Assembly (NCBI GenBank): GCA_001724265.1
Contig: MEDY01000325.1
Location: 51,955-71,954, forward strand
DNA from: Rhizaria sp. SCN 62-66
Taxonomy: Eukaryota
Length of the DNA stretch: 20,000 bases
Direction of reading: 5' to 3'
The position numbers and the translations under genes were made by a program. Of this stretch, positions 8,115-17,124 are shown piece after piece (the stretch's first letter is position 1; each line of letters opens with the position of its first letter). The notes under the pieces are model-generated. The model saw only the letters and a list, made by a program, of their open reading frames with translations. It was not told where the DNA came from and ran no database searches.

Positions 8115-11100
8115 TCACATCTGGTGCTGGAACTTGATGTTGGCGCTGACGACAACGCCGTCGCGCACGGTCTTAATCGCGGCCGCGAGCGCGGGCACCG
8201 CGCCACTGCGGCCGTTGCGCCGCAGGTACTGGCCCGTGCGCGCGAGCTCTCCCGCCAGACTAGTCAGCGGCTCGGCGGCCGCCGATGCCGAGGTCACTGC
8301 CGCGGCGCGGGCGCGCGCGGAGAGGATCGCCTGCGCCAGCACGCTAGAAGCGGAGCCGGCTGTGGCGGCGGCGGCGGCCGCGGTGGCGGCGGCAGAGGCC
8401 GAGGCCGAGGCGGCGGCGACTGAGGCAGGCGACGGGTAAGCGTAGGCGGAGCTGATCTTGGCAGGAGCGCCAGAGTTCACACTCAAGTTGCTGCCCTTAG
8501 CGCTGCTGAATGCACCCTTAGACGCCGCCGCGCCGCTGTAAGGGGCGGCCTGGCCGTACGCCACGTCGTTTTCGTCGCTGTCGTTGTTGGCCTCGTCGTC
8601 GTAGACAGACCCGCGGGAGAAGCGGCCAGAGGCAGAAGCCCACTGCTGCTGCTGCTGCTGGGCCTGCTGGTAGGCAATGGCCTGATTGTTGCGATATGCA
8701 TTCACCTCAGCGGCAGCGCGGGCCTTGGCGCGCGCGCCAGCGGCAGCGACGGCCTCGGCCTCAGCCTTGGCTTCGGCCTCTGCAGCAGTAGCGGCGGCGG
8801 CAGCGACTGCGGCAGAGACGGCGGCGGCCTCGGCAGCTATCGCGCTCGCCACCTCAGCAGCGCTGTTGTGCTGCTGCTGCTGCTGGTGGTTAGCAGAGGC
8901 GGCCTGCTGAGCCTTCCACGGAGCGCCCCAGCCGCCGACCCCGGCGCCAGCGCCTGCGCTGACAGCTGCGGCGTTGCCAGCCTCCGCGGCGCCGCTGGCG
9001 TCGGGGCTGTTGTTGTTGCTGTGGGCGGGGGCCTGGACGTCGGGCCTGCGCCACGGCTGGTAGTTGTTGCCAACGTCGTCATTCTCGCTCTCGACATCGG
9101 CATTCGCAGCCGGCTGCGGGTTGCTTGCGTTGACGCTAGCGTTGACAGGCGCGAAGCCGGTGAGGCTTACGCTGGCGTGGCCGTGGGCCACCTGCCCGTT
9201 CTGGCCGTGGCTGTAGCCGCCATTGCTGTAGTGATGCTCCGGCTGCGCGAACAGCAGCACGGGCCCCTTGGCCGCCGGAGACATCGGCACCGAGGCCTCG
9301 GGCAGACCCGGCAGCGCGCTCGTCGGCGACATTGGCACACCGCCAGCAGCAGCAGCAGCGCCAGTTTGACCGTGGCTGTGGCCGTGGCTGCGGGGAGGGG
9401 TGACCGTGACAGCGTCAGTGCCGCTGCCAGAGCTCTCCGCGGCGTCGGCCTGGCTCTGCGCGGCGTTGGCGGCGCTGTTGGTGGTGTTGGATGGAGGCAG
9501 CGGGGGACGGGCAAAGGCAGACAGCGGTGGACGCACGTTGGCGATGGCATTGACGCGACTGGCGTCGTTGTTGTTGATGTTGTTGTGAGCATTGAACCCG
9601 CTGGCCGACTCGGTCTGCGCAGCGCCAGCGTGGCTGTGGCTCGGCGCAGCGGCAGCAGCGGCGTTGTGACCGCTGCGAGAGTGATACGAAGGCTGTGCGA
9701 ACAGACAGCTGGGGGAGCTGGGCACGTCCGGGGTCGGGAGGCCTGGAGGTGAAAGTAACAAAAAGGGAGAGTATAGACTCGTAATGAGATTGGTTCAACG
9801 TTAAATAAGATTTCGTAGAAATGGCAATTCAATTTACAGATGGCATGAAAGAGCAGTGATTGTCTAAGACTTTGGTGATCTATATCCACACAAACTTTGG
9901 CGAATGACGTACCAGGCAGGCGAGAGGTGGGACTGAGCAAAGCAGCACCGGCGCCAACGCTGCCATCACAGCCCGCGGCGCCGCTCGCAGCCGCGGCGTG
10001 CGTGTTGTTGGCCGAGTTCATGCGGGACGGGCGCGGCGGCGTGCAGGGGTCAGCCTCTGGGGCCGCGTTCGCGCTCTCCGAGGCGGCGCCCGCGTTGGCG
10101 TTGTGGTGGGGCTTGTTGAACGCGGACAAGGCGGCTAGCCCCGCGCCGTCATGAGCAGCAGCAGCAGGGGCGCCACTGGCGGCGGCGGTTCCAAAAAAGG
10201 CCTTTCCGTCGTCGACGTGCCTGCGGGGCGAAGCGAAGAGCGAAACCGAGGCCGGCGCCGGCAGCGTCGGCAGCGGCGACGACGGCACGGCGGCACTGGC
10301 ACCACCGCTCGCAACAACAGCAGCAGCAGCCTTTGAAGCGCTTGCGTGTTCACTAGCGGCCGTGCTGTTGTTGGCGGCGACAGGAGCGAAGCCGGTCAGC
10401 GAGGCGCGCGTGGCGTTGTTGCCTTGACCCTGGTTGTGGCTGTGCGTGTTGCTGTTGCTCGTGGTGGGCGGCGAGAAGAGCGGCACGGGGGCGCGAGACG
10501 GCGGCGACATCGGCACCGTCGGCTGCGGCAGCGGCGACAACGGGCATGCGGCAGCAGCAGCAGCAGCAGGGGCAGCAACAGTCTCAGTCGCTGAAGGAGC
10601 AGCGACGAAGCCGGAGATGCTGACGTTGTTGGCGCTGGCATTGACAGCGTTGCGGACCGGCACGGGAGGCGGAGGCGCAGTGAACCCAGTGAAGGCACCG
10701 CCATTACTAGCAGAAGCAGCACTGATGTTATTCGCAGCGACAAAGCCACTCTTGGCGTGAGCGCCGCCCTTCGCGGCCTCGGCCTCGACGTCTCTATCGG
10801 CGTCAACACTGTCCATGGTCGCAACGCCGCCACCGCCGCCTGCGCCGTCGCGGAGCAGGCGCGAAATGGGGTGGTTTGACGGGTTCGGCGCCGGAGACCA
10901 GTCCGAGCACTGTGCCGCGCCGAAGTTAGGCCGCCCGCTTGCACCAGCGCCCGACGGAGAGAGCAGCGAGGGCATGCCGTCGACGATACACACGCCATCG
11001 CCAGCGCTGCTGCTGCTGTTGCGGTTCGCGGGGGAAAACGCGTCCGGCGCAGGCAGGCCCGGCAGCGGCGAGCGCAGCGGCGTCATCGCTTTGCCATTGC

Positions 11101-13915
11101 CGGTGCCATCGCCGCTGTGGCTGCGGTGCGCCGCGGCGCCCGTGCCGGGGGCGAGCGAGGCGGGCGCTGCGGCGCGGGCGGGGGAGGCGTACAGGTCGCT
11201 CGTCTCACGGTGCAGCGCCGCGCCCGCAGCCGAGGTCGCAGCAGCGTTGGCGGCAGCGTTAATGTCGGGCGCGAAGGCAGCGGAGGCAGAGGCAGCGTTG
11301 GTGGTGGCGTCAGAGCCCAGGAAGCCGTAACCGTAGCCCTGAACCACCGCGGCGATGGGGCCAGCAGAGCCGGCGGTGACGGCAGAGGCAGCGGGGGCGG
11401 TAGAGGCGGAGACGGCCGAGCCGGGGACCGAGGAGGAGGAGGACGAAGCGTAGGACGAGGTCGTCGAGGGCGTCGGCGGCGTCAGCTGCAGCTGTGGGCC
11501 CTCCCACCGCCGCAGCACCGCAGCTGGGCTCGGCGTCTCCGCGGCGTAAGGGCCTGGCGTGTGAGTACCCTGCTGCCGCTGCTGCTGCTGCTGTTGCTGC
11601 TGCATTTGGGGAGTCGACGACTCGCTGCTCTCCTGGCCCAGGGACTTGCGGCCGGGGGTCTGCGCGGCGCTGCGGCTGCCGTCGTCCGCGCCGTGGTCAG
11701 TCTCGCTCTCGCTGTGACTGCGGCTGTGGCCGCTGCCGAAGCTGTGGCCGTTGAGGCGGTCCTCCGCGGTGTAGGTGCCGCGGGAGGCGTTTGGCGTGAA
11801 AAGCGTCGTGGCCGAGGGCAGGTCTGCAAGCGTGTCGTCCTCGTCCTCGAGGTCGCCGCCGCCGCCGCCGCTGCTGCTGCCGCGGGGAGTGCCGTTGCTG
11901 CTGCTGGCCTTGGGGGGCGTCGACAGGACAGCATCGTTAGCGGCAGCTGCAGCCGTGTTGTCGGTGGCGAAGTCGCCGCTGGCGTTCTCCGCCGCACTGT
12001 ACACCGAGTCAATGCCGAGCTCGGCGGGAATGCCGTTCGCGGTGACAGCAGCAGCGGCAGCAGCAGCGGCGGCGGCGGCGTTGGAGGCGGCGGTGTTAGA
12101 GGCCGCAGTGGGAGAGTTGCCCGCGAGCGACTCCGGCGACGAGAGCAGACGGGACACGGTCGCATCGGCCACGGCACCACCACTGGTTCCGGTGGCACCA
12201 ATGGCAGCGGAGTTTGTGGGGGTCGTGACGGAGGCGACGGCGCTGTCGCCCTCGCACTCGGTGTGGAGCCCGGCGCAGCTCGCGCCATTGCCCAAAGAGC
12301 CGGCGCTGGAGCTAGTGGGAGCGGATGCGACGGAGGTGACAGAGGGGCCTGAGCCTGGGCGGTAAGGCACATCATCCCATGCACTCATGTCAACGGTATC
12401 GGCGTTGTCTTCCCCAACAGCGTCCGCATCAGCCTCAGGCTCAGCGACGGCCGTCGTGTTGTGCGCACTGGGCTGCTTGCTGGAGGGCAGCTCGATGACC
12501 CGTTCGTTACCCCAGCTGACGCGGCGCTTGCACTTAGTGCCTCTGCCGCCTCTGGCACCGTCGCCGTCGCCGTCGCTTTCGCTGCCTGTGCCGTCGTACT
12601 CGTGCACAGCGGTGCCCACGCCCGCACCCGCGCCCGCGCCCGCGGCGGCGGCGGCGCTGCCGTGGTCGGCGGAGGGCACGGGGGACGCGTTGAGCGGCGA
12701 CGACGACGACGATGACCGTGGCAGCGGCCGCTCAGTGTCTGCCAGCGCCACCCACCACGCGTCCACGGCCCCGGCGGACTCAGCGGCCTCGGGCTCGGAG
12801 GCGACAGTAGCGGCCGCCGACTTGGTGATATCTTTGTTGGCTGAGGACGCGTTGGTGCCAGTGTTGGCGCCGGCAGGGTACTTAGAGGCCGTCTTGCCGA
12901 GGCCGACGGTGTAAGTGGCCAGGAGGTCGTCGTCGGCGCTCAGGTTGCTGTCGTCACTATTGGTGCTCACAATGCTCGTGTCGGCAGCAGAGTCAGCCAC
13001 ATTAGCGCCGTTAGCGGTATTACTCGCACTGGAGTTGTTGCTGTTATCGGACATAACCAGGCGGAATCCGCTGCCAGTCACGGTCTTGCTCGCGTTAACG
13101 GTGTTGCTGTTGTTGCTGCTGTTGTTGTTCGCAGTGGCAGCCGGATTGCTCAGACCCAGCGCCTGGCCCAGCGAGGTGCGGCTCGGACTATAGCTACTAC
13201 GCACACTGCTGCCGCCAGCATTGACACTCACACTTACATTCTCATTGGCGTTCGAGTTGGAGCCGTTGACCGCGGGGACCGAGGTGGCGGTGGTGGGGGG
13301 GCGGCGGGTGAACTTCGCGGTCGGCGAGCCCAGCCCGCCCAGCGTCGCGTACTTGGACTGCGCACCGGCACCAGCACCGTTGCCAGCAGACGTAGCAGCG
13401 GCGTCAGCGCCGGAGTGGGCGTTTGAGCTGGCACCATTGGCGTTGACGTGGGCGCGGGAAGCGAAAGCAGACTGGGGCGCGGTGTTGTAGCGGGAGACAA
13501 GGCCCGAGCCCCCGGCGGCGCGGGCGGCCATGGCGCGCTGGCGGGCAAGGCGCGCGGGGGAAATGGGCGCCAGGGTCGAGTCCTCGTCGGCGACAGCGAC
13601 AGCCGCGGGCGCAGCGACAACAGTGTTCATGCTTGCGTCCAGAGAAGAAGTGGGGAGAATGGGAGAGACGACGGCGTCTGGGGGGAACGAGTCGGGCAAG
13701 GCGGAGGAGTTAAACTCAGCGTCAAGGCGCGCGATGGGAGACGCGACCGAAGTGTCGAAGGAGGAAGCAGCGTCGTTGTTGAGGTTGTTGGCGTTCAGCG
13801 CAGAAGCGTCAGCTGAGGCTGCGGCCGCGGCTGTAGCGGAGGGGGCGAAGGCGGAGACAACGCGGGGCGCGTTGGGACTGCGGCCAACGCGCAGGAAAGC
13901 GTGGGGAGCGCTCAT
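8115..13915 (-). CDS. Large Ala/Ser/Pro/Asn-rich, probably intrinsically disordered protein of unknown function (1876 aa; exons 13915-9913, 9742-8115)
   Basis: Two long ORFs (1582 and 548 aa in the track) are joined by an AT-rich GT-AG intron, and the junction recreates the repeated LPGLP motif. There is an in-frame TGA two codons upstream of the ATG. No globular domain recognised; contains KRRVSWG and poly-Q and poly-A tracts. Confidence 0.8.
9743..9912 (-). other. Spliceosomal intron of the large minus-strand gene (170 nt, phase 1)
   Basis: Minus strand CCTG|GTACGT ... TTTCACCTCCAG|GCCTC. AT-rich between GC-rich exons. Confidence 0.85.
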
Positions 13916-14208
13916 CCTAGCTCAGTGGAGAGACAGGAAGGCAGGGGGATGCGCGGAAGCAGGCTGGACGTGGGTGACGGAGAGTGGGGTCGGCTGGGAA
14001 CAGAAAGCGGAGTTACAGCGATGAGAGTTTGCCGGTTCAGAATGTATAAGAAAGTATAAGATACGAGCGCTTTGGAAATATACGATACAAATGTTCAATT
14101 CTAATTTCACAAAATAAATGACCGATTTTTCGATGAAACAACAACAGGCGAATGGCGTTGAGCTCAGCCAGTGCTCTTGCTTAACGGCTAGAAAATCTGA
14201 CTGGCAGC

Positions 14209-14285
14209 CGACTGTGGGCGACTGTGGGCCTTGGCTGGACTGCGGACACCGTGGCGGTGGGTCAGAAGGGGCGAGTGGGTCAGAA
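14209..14285. promoter_or_regulatory. Cluster of four GTGGG-core direct repeats in the 437-bp divergent intergenic region
   Basis: CGACTGTGGG x2 (14209-14218, 14219-14228) and GTGGGTCAGAA x2 (14257-14267, 14275-14285). The repeats are seen directly; a regulatory role is inferred. Confidence 0.4.
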
Positions 14286-14352
14286 TGCAACGTTTTTCTT
14301 CAACCTCACTGAAAAGGGTCTTGCTTCCGTCTATTCCCGCTATACTTGTAGT

Positions 14353-15633
14353 ATGATGGCAGCACGGATGCCTCGTAAAGAGGTATTTAGTGCTTTCAGG
14401 AAGTACTGCTTCGAAAGTGGGCTAGACATCTTCACCCCATTCTCCGTGCGCACCTATAACAAGGCTGTCCCAGAGCCCTACCGCGTTCATACGTTCGACC
14501 GCGCTGACGGCGACTGCGTGGGTATCCTGCTGGGCAACACCTGCCACGCTTGGGAGTTTTTTATCTCCTCCGTCGCCTGCAACGAGGGCTTCCTGGCGGT
14601 GCCGAACCCGTTCGACACGTGGATGACGCAGATCGTCACCGCTGCCGTCGCCGTCGCGCGCCAGGACCTAGAGCCCGAGGGCGTGCAGATGGAGCTCCGC
14701 TTCGCATACGACACTGCGCCCGGGCGCATTATCGCGCTGCAGCGCCTGTGCCACGAGATCGGCTTCGGCCACTACAACCCGTCGCAGGGCCTCGTCGTGC
14801 ACCCCGTGCTGGGCCCGTGGTTCGCGCTCCGCGCCGTCATCCTCCTCGACATGTCGCCCGACGACCCCGCGTTCGACGAGCCCATCCCCTTCTCTACCGA
14901 GCTCGACGCCTGCGTTACCGAGGCCATTGACACGTACTACCAAAAGCCCTCGCTGCAGCGCCCGCTGGCGCGCTCGCCGTGCGACGACAACGGATGCAAC
15001 GACGTCCACAAGGTTCGTGCCACGCGCCTCACCAAACACGACTTTTGACATCCTCAATGCCGTCCTTTAAATGCTATACTTGAGTAGAATTTTCCACTAA
15101 TATTTTAATGTATTATACTGTTGTTTTAACTAACTGCGCATGCATCATTATTGCTAAAATTCTCTTTATCCGTGTTTCCATGCTTCCTTCTCGCGCCACC
15201 CTCCCAGAAAACGATCGCGACCGTGACCGCCGCCGAGTCCAACCCCTCGGCGAGCGAGGCGCAGGTCGCCGCGGCCCTGCACAAGCTCAAGACGGACTCC
15301 GACGCGCTGACCAAGGGTCTGTTCACAGACGCGACTGCGTACCCCAGCTTCGACCCCGCGCTCTGGGCCCCTTCCCGGCGCGATCTGCGCGCGCTGCCGC
15401 TGCGCCTGTGCTGCAACACGGCGCCCGCGTTCACGTACTCGCCCGGCATGGCGCTGTACCACTACACGCATGACCGCAGCATCCTCGCCGAGGAGATCCG
15501 CGCGTTGCGCCACCAGCGCCATCTCATGCTGCAGCGAGAGTACGAAGCCGCCGCGGCCGCTAACGGACACGGCCTCGGCCACGACGGCGACGGCGACCAC
15601 GACTACCTGGGCGGGCTCCTCGTCGACGACTAG
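14353..15633 (+). CDS. MMACHC: MMACHC/CblC-like cobalamin-processing protein (361 aa to the TAG; exons 14353-15012, 15208-15633)
   Basis: The motif order matches CblC: GLDIFTPFSVRTYN, GILLGNT, NPFDTW, IIALQRLCHEIG, VHPVLGPWFALRAVILLD (compare human IHPRFGGWFAIRGVVLL), W...RRD and YSPGMALYHYTHDR. The intron is phase 0. Recognised from memory. Confidence 0.8.
15013..15207 (+). other. Spliceosomal intron of the CblC-like gene (195 nt, phase 0)
   Basis: AAG|GTTCGT ... CCCTCCCAG|AAA. AT-rich and contains in-frame stops. Confidence 0.8.
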
Positions 15634-16923
15634 GACGACGCCGCCGCCACCTCGCTGCACGGCGCGAGCAGCGGTCACACCGGCAACGGTAACGGCAACG
15701 GGGCCGGCGTGCCTGCGACCGACGGTGGCGACGGTGACCTACCCAGCCAGTCCTCCCCCGCGGCCGTGGGCGCCAACGCGGCGCTCTGGGGCGGCAACGC
15801 CGGTGTGATTATCACCAGAGGCGCCAACGCCGCCGCCGCGGCCGCCGTCGTCGCCGCCGAGCTCCAGGCGAGTCCTGTCCCGGCCCACCCGTTCATCACG
15901 AGTCCCTCGAACAACACGCACGTGGGCGGCGCTGCAGTGGTGAGCAACGACTGCGACGAGCCCGCGACTACATCCCGCACCGACCCCCGCGACACCGACA
16001 ACAAGAGCGACTTCGACGCCGCCGAGTACCCCTCCACGTGTTCCTCCACGAGTACCGCCGCCGCGGGTCCCGCGCACCCGGCCAACATGAGCACCAGTGC
16101 CGCCCACAGTCACTACGCCCACAGCCACACTGCGCACAGCCCGGGCCACAGCCACGGCTATGGCCAGGCGGCGCTGCGGCACCAGGGCCACGGTCACGCA
16201 CACTGCCACCCGAGCGCTCCTGCCGGCGCCGCTGACAGCGCGACTGACGCGGCCGATGCGGGCAACGCGAGAGCGGGCGCCGCGGTCGCGGTTGCGGTTG
16301 ACGCCGGCGAGGGCGCCGCCATGTGCGACTCGCCCTTCGCGCCCTCGACCGTGCCCGGCGACGCCAGCGCCAGCCCCGGCGCCAGCCCAGGCTCCAGTCC
16401 CGGCGCGGCCTCGGTCGCGGGCTCGGGCCCCCAGTCGCCCTGCTCACCGTCGCCTGCCACTGTCACGCCTGTACCTGCGGCGAACCTGTACGCCGTGTCC
16501 CCGGCCTCGTCGGGGCGGCGCACGTCCATCTCGCACATCACCAGCGGCCCCTCGACTGCCGCCGCTGCCGCCGCCGCCAGCATCGTCAACAGTAGCTGCG
16601 GCGCCACTGCGGGCGCGAGCGCGGGCGGCGCTGGCGGCCACAGCTGCGGCCGCCGCAGCGTAACTGGCAGCGTGGCGGGTGTGGCGGGAGGGGAGGACTG
16701 CGAAGACATCATTTACGACTCGCTCGGCCACGTCCACCACACGCACGCGCACCCGCATCCGCACGGCAGCGCCGCCACGAACGCTCTCGCTAGCGCTGGC
16801 GCTGGCGGCAGTGGTGCCGCGGCGGGCGCGTGCTGCGGGGGCGGCGCCCAGGCCATCACGAGCGACCAGTTCGACATCAACACACAGGCCGAGATCAACA
16901 CACAGGTCGAGATGCGCGAGTGA
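15634..16923 (+). CDS. In-frame 429-codon low-complexity, His-rich extension directly after the CblC-like TAG (readthrough, recoded codon or nonsense allele)
   Basis: Same frame as exon 2, with no stop until TGA 16921-16923. C/G-ending codon bias and Ala/Gly/Ser/Asn/His composition match the other genes. The AT-rich UTR-like sequence begins only after 16923. Confidence 0.65.
   Translation, partial: DDAAATSLHGASSGHTGNGNGNGAGVPATDGGDGDLPSQSSPAAVGANAALWGGNAGVIITRGANAAAAAAVVAAELQASPVPAHPFITSPSNNTHVGGAAVVSNDCDEPATTSRTDPRDTDNKSDFDAAEYPSTCSSTSTAAAGPAHPANMSTSAAHSHYAHSHTAHSPGHSHGYGQAALRHQGHGHAHCHPSAPAGAADSATDAADAGNARAGAAVAVAVDAGEGAAMCDSPFAPSTVPGDASASPGASPGSSPGAASVAGSGPQSPCSPSPATVTPVPAANLYAVSPASSGRRTSISHITSGPSTAAAAAAASIVNSSCGATAGASAGGAGGHSCGRRSVTGSVAGVAGGEDCEDIIYDSLGHVHHTHAHPHPHGSAATNALASAGAGGSGAAAGACCGGGAQAITSDQFDINTQAEINTQVEMRE
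16872..16913 (+). repeat. 18-nt tandem duplication encoding DINTQA-EINTQV-EM
   Basis: CGACATCAACACACAGGC / CGAGATCAACACACAGGT / CGAGAT. Confidence 0.8.
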
Positions 16924-16945
16924 GTGTGTGTGTGAGCGCGTGGGT

Positions 16946-16985
16946 GGGGAACACGTGGCGGCTTGGGAAACACGTGGCGACTTGG
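16946..16985. repeat. 19-nt tandem duplication, each unit containing CACGTG
   Basis: GGGGAACACGTGGCGGCTT / GGGAAACACGTGGCGACTT / GG. Confidence 0.8.
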
Positions 16986-17100
16986 TTCCAAGCACGCGCA
17001 ACACGCGGCTTGCCTTTTTGTTCTGATAACCCCTTCTATTGGCTATCTTTTCTCTCATTTGGCTCTTGATTGCGTTCCTTTGTATCATTGCTTTCCTCTT

Positions 17101-17124
17101 TCTCTCTCTCTCTCTCTTTTTTTT
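17101..17124. repeat. (TC)8 microsatellite followed by T8 in a pyrimidine-rich 3' region
   Basis: TCTCTCTCTCTCTCTCTTTTTTTT, read directly. Confidence 0.85.

Noticed and set aside
14224-14352. Cobalamin riboswitch or N-terminal extension upstream of the CblC-like gene
   Set aside because: GTCAGAAG only superficially resembles the B12 box; GACCTGCC and the other conserved elements are absent. The extension relies on a GTG start.
15540-15633. Small intron using the TAG as acceptor to remove the stop
   Set aside because: There is no AT-rich sequence or pyrimidine tract, and the best donor (GTACGA at 15540) would give a non-3n, 94-nt intron. Not fully excluded without RNA data.
15634-15700. Readthrough-stimulating hairpin or PYLIS/SECIS-like element after the TAG
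   Set aside because: Only 5-6 bp stems (CTCGC/GCGAG, CGCTGC/GCAGCG) are present, as expected by chance at this GC content. Selenocysteine uses TGA, and pyrrolysine is not known in eukaryotes.
16087-16923. Independent gene starting at ATG 16087
   Set aside because: There is no promoter-like or AT-rich gap, and the 151 upstream codons are equally coding-like and in the same frame.
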